A stretch of DNA of 37,185 bases from Deltaproteobacteria bacterium (GTDB lineage: Bacteria; Desulfobacterota; Desulfarculia; Adiutricales; Adiutricaceae), in assembly GCA_031267005.1 (NCBI GenBank), contig JAIRZX010000513.1, forward strand, positions 1-37,185, read 5' to 3'. Position numbers and translations under genes: made by a program. How positions within the stretch are numbered: the first letter of the stretch is position 1; each line of letters starts with the position of its first letter. Under the pieces are notes generated by a model. That model searched no databases, was not told the DNA's origin, and saw nothing but the letters and a program-made list of their open reading frames with translations. Positions 8,354-17,034 of the stretch are shown piece after piece.

Positions 8354-9607
8354 ATGCCCGAGATCATCACGGCGCTCGACATTGGCACCACGAAAATTTG
8401 CTGCATCATAGCTTCCCCGGACGACAACGGGGGGGTCAACATCGTAGGCATCGGGAACGCCCCCTCCAGGGGCATGTCCCGGGGCATGGTCACCAACGTC
8501 GACCGCACGGTGAGTTCCATCAAGGCGGCGGTGACAGAAGCCGAGCGGATGGCCGGGTGCAGCGTGGGCAAGGTGATGCTGGGGCTGGCCGGGGGTTCCG
8601 TCAACTGCTACAACTCGACGGGGGTCGTGGGCGTGCGCGACCAGCGCAACCGCATCATCAGCGAGGAGGACAAGCGCCGCGCCATAGAGTCGGCCGTGGC
8701 GGGCGACATCCCACAGGACCGGGAGCCGCTGCACACGATCGAGCAGGAGTACACGGTCGACGGGCAGACCGGCATCAAGGACCCGGTCGGCATGATGGGC
8801 ATGCGCCTGGAAGTGAACATGCACATCACGACGGTATCCCTCTCGGCGCTGCAGAACGTGCTCAACTGCGCCCGCCAGGCGCAGCTCCAGGTGGACGACG
8901 ACGACGTGGTCCTGGAATCGCTGGCCTCCGCCGAAGCGGTCCTGACCCCGGCCGAGATGGGCATGGGCGTGGCGATTCTCGATTTCGGGGGGGGAACCAC
9001 GGACATAGGCGTCTTCGCCAAGGGATGCATCCGCCACACGAAAGTCCTTAACCTGGGGGGCGACAGCCTCACCAGGGACATCTTCATGACGCTCAGGACC
9101 AGCATGGACGAGGCGGAGATGCTGAAGATTAACGACGGATGCTGCCTGTCCGCCCTGCTCCCGGACGAGGAGGAGATAATTTCCGTGCCCGGGCCGGACG
9201 GGGTCCCCGTGGCGGAGGTGAGCCGCCACATCCTCTGCGACATACTGGAGAGCCGCGTGGAGGAGATAATGGGGCACGTCTCCCAGGAACTAATCATGAG
9301 CGGCTTCGACGACCAGGTAATGGAGATAGTCATAACTGGCGGCTCTTCGCTCCTGCGCGGCGTGCCGGAGCTGGCGGAGCAGATCTTCGACCGCCCCGTC
9401 CGCGTGGGCTATCCGGCGGGCATGGGCGGGCTCTCCCAGCTGGTGGCGAGCCCGAAGTTTTCGACCGGGCTGGGGCTTATCCTTTACGGGCTGAAGAACC
9501 ACGACGAGCTCGCCCGCCAGGCCGGGCCCGGCGCCTCAGGCCGCAAGGGGGGCGGGCTCCTTGACGTCATCGTGAGCAGGATTTTCGGAAGGAGCGGGCA
9601 GGCCTGA
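8354..9607 (+). CDS. Second full-length FtsA paralogue
   Basis: ATG at 8354 follows GGGGGGAAAGGAAA. It has the same motif series as copy 1: ALDIGTTKI, EEDKRRAIESAV, IEQEYTVDGQTGIKDPVGMMGMRLEVNMHITT, LESLASAEAVLTPAEM, LDFGGGTTDIGVF, GGDSLTRDI, VITGGSSLLRGV, SPKFSTGLGLILYG. Its C-terminal hydrophobic/basic peptide is GLLDVIVSRIFGRSGQA. The track ORF start at 8060 reads through the repeat tract and is rejected. Confidence 0.85.
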   Translation: MPEIITALDIGTTKICCIIASPDDNGGVNIVGIGNAPSRGMSRGMVTNVDRTVSSIKAAVTEAERMAGCSVGKVMLGLAGGSVNCYNSTGVVGVRDQRNRIISEEDKRRAIESAVAGDIPQDREPLHTIEQEYTVDGQTGIKDPVGMMGMRLEVNMHITTVSLSALQNVLNCARQAQLQVDDDDVVLESLASAEAVLTPAEMGMGVAILDFGGGTTDIGVFAKGCIRHTKVLNLGGDSLTRDIFMTLRTSMDEAEMLKINDGCCLSALLPDEEEIISVPGPDGVPVAEVSRHILCDILESRVEEIMGHVSQELIMSGFDDQVMEIVITGGSSLLRGVPELAEQIFDRPVRVGYPAGMGGLSQLVASPKFSTGLGLILYGLKNHDELARQAGPGASGRKGGGLLDVIVSRIFGRSGQA

Positions 9608-10408
9608 CGCGGGGGCGGCCGGACCGAGGCCCGGAGGGTTCCCCCGGGGTCCAGGCGGGAGGCTTCGGCCCAAGGGTCCGCCCGGACGGCTCGCCGGCGG
9701 CCGGGGCAAAGCGGGAACAAGCCCGAATCGCAATGGAGCCCGCTCAGGCAAAGGCATATTCCGGAAAAATGCCGTGGAGGCCGGTTTAAATAACTCGGCC
9801 AGCCGCGAGGGCGCCCAGGGTTCCCCGATACCGGCGGAACCGCGCGGCTTGGCCGTTCCGGAAGGATTAGGGGGGCCGCACCAGCGAAATCTTCCGAAGA
9901 TTTTTAAATGGGGCGGCCGCAAATCAGACTGAAATGCCGTCGGCGTCCCTAAAATTGACGGAAGCGCGAATTTTGGAGCGACTGTTTATCCGATCGCCTC
10001 CCTGAAGGCTTCCGGGGGGGGGCGGAGCGGCGGGGAAGCCCCGGCCCCGGGGCGGCCGCAACGCGCAAAGCAGCGTGCAGGTCTTCCCGGCGCCGCGGCC
10101 GGGATCTCCGCGAGAGCCGGCGGGGCGCGGGAACCGGCCAGGGCCCGGCGCCGCGGGCGCGCCGGATCCTCCAGGCCCCGACGCGGCGGAATTTCGTGGG
10201 AAGGTGGAGATACGGAGGCGCCAGACCGGGACCGCCGGGCGCTGTTTGGACGAATAATTTAGGCCAGGTTGGGATCCTTGCCACGGGTGGTGCGCGCTTT
10301 CGGAGTCGCGGCCCGGGCCGGACCGCGGCGGCGGCGGGCCTCCGCCCGCGGGGGTTCGTTTAGGTCGGGCGGGCGGGGAAAAAAAATACTCCCCGGCGTG
10401 ATAATCGC

Positions 10409-10437
10409 TTGACAGGGGGGGGCCCTTCTGGGAGAAT
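10409..10437 (+). promoter_or_regulatory. Sigma70-like promoter candidate upstream of ftsZ
   Basis: TTGACA (10409-10414), a 17-nt spacer, then GAGAAT (10432-10437). It is preceded by an A-rich tract (gggaaaaaaaaata) and lies about 125 nt upstream of the ftsZ ATG. Confidence 0.4.
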
Positions 10438-10563
10438 GGAAGACAAGGCAAATCAGTCGGTCGCCCAGGCAATACGTATCGGCGTCTGAGAGAACAGTTA
10501 CAGGGAAGCATCGCGGATCGCCCGGTCGACAAGTCGGCCTTGCGCCCAGAGGAGACAGGGACC

Positions 10564-12018
10564 ATGGAAGACGACTTCGAATTCGTGCGTCCGGATTCAG
10601 AACCGGCGGCGGGCGGCCCGGCGTCCGATTCCGGTCCGTCCGCCGCCGGCCACAGTATCAGCGTCATCGGCATTGGCGGGTGCGGCAACAAGACTGTCAA
10701 CCACATGATCCAGACGAACGGGGTTAACGGCATAAAGTACGTGGCCGCCAACTCCGATCCCCAGGATCTGAAGAATTCGCTCGCCCCCACCAAGATCCTC
10801 CTGGGCCCGAAGACTACGAGGAGCAAGGGGTGCGGCGGCAAGCCCGAAAGGGGCCGCATAGCCACCGAGGAGGTGCTGGACGAGATAAGGAGGGAGCTCG
10901 CGGGAACGGAGCTGCTCTTCATCGCGGCGGGCATGGGCGGCGGGACCGGGAGCGGCGGCGCCCCCGTCGTGGCCCAGGCCATGGGCGCTTTGGAGGAGCC
11001 CCCCTTGATCGTTTCGGTGGTGACCACCCCCTTTTCCTGGGAGGCCAACCGCTGGAAGATTTCCGACAGGGTGGTGGGAGAGCTCACCGCCTGCAGCAAC
11101 AGCATAATCACCGTCGCCAACTCGAAGGTCGAGACCCACGTGCCCAGGGACTCCACCATGATCGCGGCCTACGCCGCGGCGAACGACATCATCCTGAAGG
11201 CGGTCTCCGGGATAATCGAGCTCCTGACCCGCGAGGGCAACGTGAACCTGGACTTCGGCGACCTGGAGACAGCGCTTTCCTGCAACGGCCCGGCGCTCAT
11301 GGGCTACGGCGAGGCCTCCGGGGACAACCGCGCCAAGAAGGCCCTCCAGAACGCGATAACCTGCCCGCTCATGACGGACCACTCCATCAAGGGCGCGAAG
11401 ATGCTTATCGTGAACATGGTGACCAGCAGCGACTTCACCCTGGACGAGTACATCTCCATCAACACCGAGGCCACCAAGGAAATCGATCCCGAGGGCCAGG
11501 TGTTCACCGGCTGGGCCATCGACGAGTCCCAGAACGAGTCCGGCTCCATCCGCGTCACCATCATCGCGACCGGCCTCTACAACGAGGAAGCCTGGACGGC
11601 CGTCGACGAGCCTGAGATGGGGCCCGACGTGGTGGTTGATCTGGATAACATTGTCGAGGAGACGGAGGTTACGCTGCGCCCGGAGCCCGAGCCGCCCCGC
11701 CGCGACCTCTCGCCGCACCGCATGGCGCCCGCGCGGCCCGGCGCGGCCGGGACGTCGGCCCCCGCGCCCCAGTACCCCAGGGCCCTGTCCCCGCAGCAGC
11801 CGGGATTCGGCGTCCAGCCGCAGGCGCGCCCCGCGCTCCCGCGCGACCCCTCCGCGGGGGTCCTGGCCCCGCCCCGGAGTCCCCGCCGCCAGGGAGTCTA
11901 CCCTCCGCCGGGCCCCGGCCAGGCCAAGAGTTACGAGAAGAGTTCCGGGGTCGACCCGATTAACCAGGACTCCAAGTATTACGAGACCCCCGCCTTCTTC
12001 AGGAACAAGGCCAGCTGA
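10564..12018 (+). CDS. ftsZ: Cell division GTPase FtsZ (divergent nucleotide-binding loops, long Pro-rich linker, conserved C-terminal peptide)
   Basis: ATG at 10564 follows the SD GAGGAGA. Motifs: SVIGIGGCGNKTVNHM (T1), TRSKGCGGKPERG (T4), tubulin signature AAGMGGGTGSGGAPVVA, NLDFGDLETAL (T7), RVTIIATGL. A Pro/Arg/Ala-rich linker of about 120 aa follows, and the protein ends YETPAFFRNKAS. Confidence 0.9.
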   Translation: MEDDFEFVRPDSEPAAGGPASDSGPSAAGHSISVIGIGGCGNKTVNHMIQTNGVNGIKYVAANSDPQDLKNSLAPTKILLGPKTTRSKGCGGKPERGRIATEEVLDEIRRELAGTELLFIAAGMGGGTGSGGAPVVAQAMGALEEPPLIVSVVTTPFSWEANRWKISDRVVGELTACSNSIITVANSKVETHVPRDSTMIAAYAAANDIILKAVSGIIELLTREGNVNLDFGDLETALSCNGPALMGYGEASGDNRAKKALQNAITCPLMTDHSIKGAKMLIVNMVTSSDFTLDEYISINTEATKEIDPEGQVFTGWAIDESQNESGSIRVTIIATGLYNEEAWTAVDEPEMGPDVVVDLDNIVEETEVTLRPEPEPPRRDLSPHRMAPARPGAAGTSAPAPQYPRALSPQQPGFGVQPQARPALPRDPSAGVLAPPRSPRRQGVYPPPGPGQAKSYEKSSGVDPINQDSKYYETPAFFRNKAS

Positions 12019-12038
12019 CGGCCCTGGTCCCGCGCGAA

Positions 12039-12060
12039 TTTTGCGGCGGCATCCGCAAAA
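12039..12060 (+). terminator. Weak hairpin just after the ftsZ stop
   Basis: ttttgcgg-cggcat-ccgcaaaa: an 8-bp stem and 6-nt loop, 20 nt after the stop. There is no U-tract on the + strand, so function is uncertain. Confidence 0.2.
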
Positions 12061-12732
12061 GCAAAAGTCCACTCTGGCCCCGCCGCTCACGACACCTCTT
12101 GCGGCTGGGCCAGGTGGATTTTTTTGCGTAAAGCCCCAGCTCCCCGCCGCCCCCCGAATAGGGAAGGCCCCGAAACAGGCGCCGCCGCCGACTTATCTTC
12201 CGGCGTCCCCCCCCCTTTCGGCGCGGGCGCCCGCCTTGGCAGCCGAACCGCGCGATGCCGCGCGCTCGTTTGGCCCCGTAATTTTTACGCCGTCATTCCC
12301 CCGTTCCGATTGACGGAAGTTTGCCGCGGAGCCATAAGTTCCGCCGCCCCGCAGGTCCCGCCGCGCCGACGCGCTGTCTCCCGCTACGAACCGGAATTAT
12401 GGTCAGAACGGCCCGAAGGGACTGGAGGTTCCTAAGGGACGGGGGGGGGCAAAGGGACGGGAGGTTCCGAAGGGACGGAAACCAGCGGGCGACGCAAGGG
12501 CGCCAACGCCCTCCAAGCCTCAAAGGAGCTCAAAGCCCCAAAGTATCGAAAGGGCGAAAGGCTCCGGAGGTTCCAAAGGGCCCGAAGGCCATCTCCCGGC
12601 CGATGGCCTCGACTTCAACGCCGTCCGCAAGCGCTCCCGACGGGAATTTTACCGCCTTCTCCCGCCTTGAGGCGACGCCCCCCTAAGCGAGGATGCCTTG
12701 GACCACCGGGAATTCCATTGCCGCGTGCCGCT

Positions 12733-14526
12733 ATGAAAGGCGCTGTCCGCGATGCCGGGCGCGGTCCCGCGGGGCGCGGGCGCGGCGGGGGGCCGGTCGC
12801 CGCTGAGAGGGGCGCCGCGAAAAAGGATCCCGGCGGGCGGGTTTCCGCGGCGATGGCCTGGCCGGGCTCCTACCGGGCCGGAATGTCGTCGCTCGGGTAC
12901 CTCTGGTGCTACGCTATCGCGAACCGTCGGGCCGACGCGCTTGCCGAAAGGGTCTTCCTGCCGGAAGGGCCTTCGGAGCCGGCGAGATCACTGGAGAGCG
13001 GGAGGGCGCTCGGGTCCTTCGATCTGGTCACCGGTTCCCTTTCCTGGGAGAACGACTACTGGCTCTTCCCCGAGATGTTGCGCCGTGGCGGGCTGGAGCC
13101 CGAAAGGTCGCTCCGGGAGGAGCGCGGCTCTCCCGCGAGGCCCGTCGTCCTGGCAGGTGGCGTGGGAGTCTGGTCCAACCCCTGGGCCATGTTCCCCTTC
13201 GTCGATCTGGTCATTACGGGCGAGGGCGAAATCTGCTGGGACGCGGCGCTGGACATCTGCTCCAGGAAGGGGTTCCGGGAGATGCCGGCCCCGGAGCGCG
13301 TCAAGGCGCTTGCCGAGGGGGTCCCGGGTGCCCTGGCCCCGGGGCTCATGCCGCGCTCCCTTACCGAACCTGACGGGATCGACGGCTTGGGCCGCGCCCT
13401 GTCCGCCTTCGCGCCGGCCGCGCCGCCGAGGATGCAATGGCCGTTCGCGGAGGGCTCGGGGCCGCCCCGCTCGACCGTATGGGCGCCGGGAGCGGAGTTT
13501 TCCGGGATGCGGCTCGTGGAAATAAGCCGCGGCTGCCCCAGGGGCTGCCGCTTCTGCCTGGCGGGGCAGCTATACCGCCCGCACCGCCCGTGGAGCGCCG
13601 AATCGGTCGTGGATGCCGTTACGGCCCCGAACCCCTGGTCGGGGGAGGACCCGTTCCCCCGGGACGCGCGGGTGGGGCTGGTGAGCCCGGCCGTAGCGGA
13701 TCACCCCGGATTCGAGGAGATTGTCGAAAGGCTCGCGGAAGCGGGAAGGAGGGTGTCGTTCTCCTCGCTGCGCCTGTCCGGCCTGACAGAGAGATCGGCG
13801 CGGCTTTTGGGTTCGGCGGGCCTTAAGGGGGCGGCCGTGGCCCCGGAGGGGGGGACTGAGGCCATGCGCTCGAGGATCAACAAGAACCTTTCCGAGAGGG
13901 AGATTGCCGAAGGGGCGCGGGTCCTCCGCGAGGCCGGGCTGAAGACCCTGAAGCTGTATTTCATGTACGGCCTCCCCGGGGAGACGGACGGGGACCTGGA
14001 AGCCGCGGCGGCGCTCGCCGGGCGCATACGCGCCTCAGTGTCCTCGAAAGGTTCGGGCCCTAGGGTCGAGGCGTCCTTCGCCTGCTTCGTCCCGAAGCCC
14101 CATACCCCCTTCGAGGACGAGCCGCTCCTGGCGGAGCGCGAGATACGACGCCGGGCTGAAGTCCTGAAGAGAAGCTTCGCCCGGAAGGGGGGCGTGGGGC
14201 TTAAGGTCGAAGGCGCCCGGGCGGCTCTCGTCCAAGGGGTCATAGCCAGGGGGGGCCCGGAAGCCTACGGCATGGTCCGGGCGCTTCTGAAGACGGGCGG
14301 GCGGCCGGGACCGGCGCTGAAGCTCGCGGGGGTCGACGGAAGCGGGCCCCTGTTCTCCCGGCCGGGACCCGGCGCCCCCCGGCCCTGGCGGGTCGTAGCC
14401 CCCCCGGCGGGCCACCGTTACCTCGAGGAAGAGGCCCGGAAGGCCTGCCTTTCGCGGGAGAGCCCGCCCTGCCCACCCCGCGGGCGATGCGGCAGGTGCG
14501 GGGCGTGCGGCGCGTTCCCGCCGTAA
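12733..14526 (+). CDS. Radical SAM protein with an N-terminal B12-binding-like/Rossmann-like region (resembles the uncharacterised TIGR03960-type family)
   Basis: CxxxCxxC cluster motif in EISRGCPRGCRFCLAGQLYRP. The N-terminal block AWPGSYRAGMSSLGYLWCY resembles the FPDxYEVGMSxLG start of that family. Also PVVLAGGV...DLVITGEGE. The start is uncertain: the ATG at 12733 has no obvious SD and the ORF is open from 12667. Confidence 0.75.
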   Translation: MKGAVRDAGRGPAGRGRGGGPVAAERGAAKKDPGGRVSAAMAWPGSYRAGMSSLGYLWCYAIANRRADALAERVFLPEGPSEPARSLESGRALGSFDLVTGSLSWENDYWLFPEMLRRGGLEPERSLREERGSPARPVVLAGGVGVWSNPWAMFPFVDLVITGEGEICWDAALDICSRKGFREMPAPERVKALAEGVPGALAPGLMPRSLTEPDGIDGLGRALSAFAPAAPPRMQWPFAEGSGPPRSTVWAPGAEFSGMRLVEISRGCPRGCRFCLAGQLYRPHRPWSAESVVDAVTAPNPWSGEDPFPRDARVGLVSPAVADHPGFEEIVERLAEAGRRVSFSSLRLSGLTERSARLLGSAGLKGAAVAPEGGTEAMRSRINKNLSEREIAEGARVLREAGLKTLKLYFMYGLPGETDGDLEAAAALAGRIRASVSSKGSGPRVEASFACFVPKPHTPFEDEPLLAEREIRRRAEVLKRSFARKGGVGLKVEGARAALVQGVIARGGPEAYGMVRALLKTGGRPGPALKLAGVDGSGPLFSRPGPGAPRPWRVVAPPAGHRYLEEEARKACLSRESPPCPPRGRCGRCGACGAFPP

Positions 14527-15140
14527 GGGGACGGCGGCCGTTATCCCGGCCCTCCCCAGGCTCTTACGGCGCAAGGCTCCGCGTTCTGGCCCAAGGAGCA
14601 AGGCCGCGCCCCTCGCCACCCATGACCGGGACGGCGGCCCTCGTCCGCCCCCCGATGGCCGGGCGCCGGCCCAGCCCGCCGCGGGTCGCGGGGCCTCGGC
14701 GCCCGAGGCGCGGCGCCCCTCGGGCGAACGCGTTCGATGAAAACTGCGTTAAGCGTAAAGGGTCTCGCGGGCCTCCCGGCCCGAAACCAGCCGAGGGGGG
14801 GTGCGATCCATGTACGCGCGAGCCCTTGCCGCCACGGGTTCGCGAGGGGACGCTGACGGGGGAGCGTTCCCGCCCGGAATGGTCCCGCGAGCCGTTCCGT
14901 TTAAGGCGGTCTGGAATGGCGGGAGCCATTCCAGGCGGGGGATTCCGCGCTTGGCGCGGCGACGCCAAAGGAAATGCGGGCAAAGCGTTCGCGTTTAGGA
15001 GTTCCGGCCGCGCGCGGGCTGGTTCGGTCGCGGCCGGCCAGCGCGGGGGGCTGCGCCGTCTCCCGGGCCAGCGCGCGGGATCCGGCCCGAAGCCGCACCG
15101 GGAAAGGCTGAAACCGCGATCGTTTGGCCTGCCGCTTTGT

Positions 15141-15168
15141 TTGAATCGCGGCCCGGGCGTGTTATAAT
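15141..15168 (+). promoter_or_regulatory. Sigma70-like promoter with extended -10 upstream of the nagZ-like gene
   Basis: TTGAAT (15141-15146), a 16-nt spacer, then TGtTATAAT (TG at 15160-15161, TATAAT at 15163-15168). It lies about 48 nt upstream of the ATG at 15216. Confidence 0.45.
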
Positions 15169-15215
15169 AAATTGTCAGTACGACGGCAGCCGTCGAGAAT
15201 TTACTGGAGGGCGAA

Positions 15216-16244
15216 ATGGCGGGATCGGCGGCGAGCGCGCTGCGCAAAGAGCCGCTGGAGGCGGCGGGACGCCTTCTCCTTATAGGCTTCGAGGGTACGG
15301 ACGCCTCCGAGGCGGTAAACCTCGCTGAGGAGTACCGGCCCGCGGGATTCATCCTGTTCGCCAGGAACTACCCGGGAAGCGCCGCCTCGCTCAAGGCGAT
15401 GCTCTCCGAGATCTCCGAGAAGGCGTCCAGGGCCCTGAAGCGCCCGCCGCTCATAGCCCTCGACCAGGAGGGCGGCACGGTCTCCCGGCTCCCCCTGGAG
15501 GAGACCCGGTTGCCCTCGGCCTTGGAGATGGCTCGGCTGGCCAGGGAGAACGGGCCGGAGGCGCTTGAGGAGCTCTCCTACAAGGCGGGCGCCGCCCTCC
15601 GCGATCTCGGCTTCAATTTCAATCTCGCCCCGGTCCTGGACGTCGGCTCGGAGGGGGCCTACATAGGCACCCGAAGCTTCTCGGACCAGGCTGACGAGGT
15701 CAGCCTGTTCGCGTCCGCTTTTTTCGCGGGCCAGAAGCGGGCCGGGCTTTTAACCTGCGGGAAGCACTTTCCGGGCCTGGGGCGGGCCCTGGCCGACCCG
15801 CACTGCGAGCTCCCCGTAGTCGACTCCGGGCTCCAGGAGATCTGGGACAGGGATCTCAAGCCCTTCAGGGTCCTGTCCGCCAAGGGCATCAGCGCCGTCA
15901 TGACCACCCACGCGCTCTTCCGGGCGGTGGATCCGCTCCTTCCCGGAACCATCTCGCCCAGGGTGGTGGACCTGCTCAAGCGCGACGTGGGCTTCAAGGG
16001 CCTGGCCCTCACCGACGATCTCGAGATGAGCGCCCTGTCCGGGATCCTGCCGCCCGGGCGGGCGGCCTGGGAGGCCGTCGCCGCCGGCCACGATCTCGCG
16101 CTCGTCTGCCGCGGGCGCGGCAACATAGAGCAGGCCCGGGAAGGCCTGCTAAAAGCCTTAAAGGACTATGACATCCCCCCCTCGCGCGCGAGGGAGGCCA
16201 AGCTGAGGCTGACTAGGGCGTTAAGTCGCGCGGCTGGCGCGTAG
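15216..16244 (+). CDS. nagZ: Glycoside hydrolase family 3 beta-N-acetylhexosaminidase (NagZ-like)
   Basis: Motifs: GFILFARNY, LIALDQEGGTVSRL, KHFPGLGRALADPHCELPVV, TDDLEMSAL. Single GH3 N-terminal domain, 342 aa. SD GGAGGG lies 6 nt upstream. Confidence 0.8.
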   Translation: MAGSAASALRKEPLEAAGRLLLIGFEGTDASEAVNLAEEYRPAGFILFARNYPGSAASLKAMLSEISEKASRALKRPPLIALDQEGGTVSRLPLEETRLPSALEMARLARENGPEALEELSYKAGAALRDLGFNFNLAPVLDVGSEGAYIGTRSFSDQADEVSLFASAFFAGQKRAGLLTCGKHFPGLGRALADPHCELPVVDSGLQEIWDRDLKPFRVLSAKGISAVMTTHALFRAVDPLLPGTISPRVVDLLKRDVGFKGLALTDDLEMSALSGILPPGRAAWEAVAAGHDLALVCRGRGNIEQAREGLLKALKDYDIPPSRAREAKLRLTRALSRAAGA

Positions 16245-16356
16245 CGCGGGGCCGTTCCGGCGCCCGGAGCCTTAGGGGAGAGCGGGTTTCATTCCTCGGC
16301 GCGTTCCGCCGCCGGCGCCCGGCGCCGCGGCCGCCCGCCGAAAGGCCTGGAGGAAC

Positions 16357-17010
16357 ATGACGGGACAAGACGATCTGAGGGGCAGGCCCCACACCTACCT
16401 TTTCAAGCCTGGCCTCTGGCAGGCGGACGGGGTCTACTACGACACCTTGGAGAAACCCCACCTCCAGACAGGCGAGCTCCTGATCGAGCACGCGCCTGAC
16501 GCCTGGACCATCGACAGCCGCATGAACGTGACGGGCCAGGACCGGAGGGACTTCGTGTCCCGGTACACGGTAACGCCTTTCAAGGAGGGCGTGTCCTACA
16601 CGGAATGGAAGAGCCATACCGGGGGGCCGGAGCCGGTCTTCGGCCTTTTCGTGGTGGTCCAGGAGAGCATATTGATGCCCTGGCAGTCCCAGAGCGGGAA
16701 GTTCTGGGGCCAGGAGGTGCTTTCTTCCGTGACCCCGGATTTGTACCTGAGCCGCGGCTTCGCCTTTATCCAGGACAGGAAGGCCTATTCCTGGGCGGTA
16801 AAGCTCGCGAGGGTCGCAGGCGGCGAGGGCGAGGACCCCGCCGGGGGCCCCTGCGGCTCCTCGCCGGAGTCCCCCGGTTCCGCCGGGCGGCAGGCGGGCG
16901 TGGGGCCCGAGGGTCCACTGGACAGTCCGGGCGACGAAGCCTCCCGGGGCGGCCCGGAGCCCGCCCCCGAGGCCGGCGCGCCCCAGGACGGGCCGCGCAG
17001 GGGCGAGTAA
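16357..17010 (+). CDS. Hypothetical protein: about 150-aa beta-rich domain plus an acidic Gly/Pro/Glu/Ser-rich tail
   Basis: SD GGAGGA precedes the ATG. The first about 150 aa have non-artefactual composition (W/Y/F-rich alternating pattern, e.g. GLWQADGVYYD, WTIDSRMNV, YTEWKSH, YSWAVKLARV). The ORF ends 24 nt before cdsA. I recognise no family. Confidence 0.6.
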   Translation: MTGQDDLRGRPHTYLFKPGLWQADGVYYDTLEKPHLQTGELLIEHAPDAWTIDSRMNVTGQDRRDFVSRYTVTPFKEGVSYTEWKSHTGGPEPVFGLFVVVQESILMPWQSQSGKFWGQEVLSSVTPDLYLSRGFAFIQDRKAYSWAVKLARVAGGEGEDPAGGPCGSSPESPGSAGRQAGVGPEGPLDSPGDEASRGGPEPAPEAGAPQDGPRRGE

Positions 17011-17034
17011 GGCCGGGGCGGGAGGGGATACGTC

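Noticed and set aside
9924-12090. Minus-strand ORFs of 411 and 497 aa across the ftsA2-ftsZ spacer and antisense to ftsZ
   Set aside because: They have Arg/Gly/Pro-rich artefact composition. The 497-aa ORF is antisense to a motif-rich FtsZ, and neither has an SD or recognisable domain.
14564-15352. 262-aa minus-strand ORF in the radical-SAM/nagZ spacer
   Set aside because: It is a Pro/Arg/Ser/Gly-rich low-complexity translation that overlaps the nagZ start region. I see no motifs and no SD.
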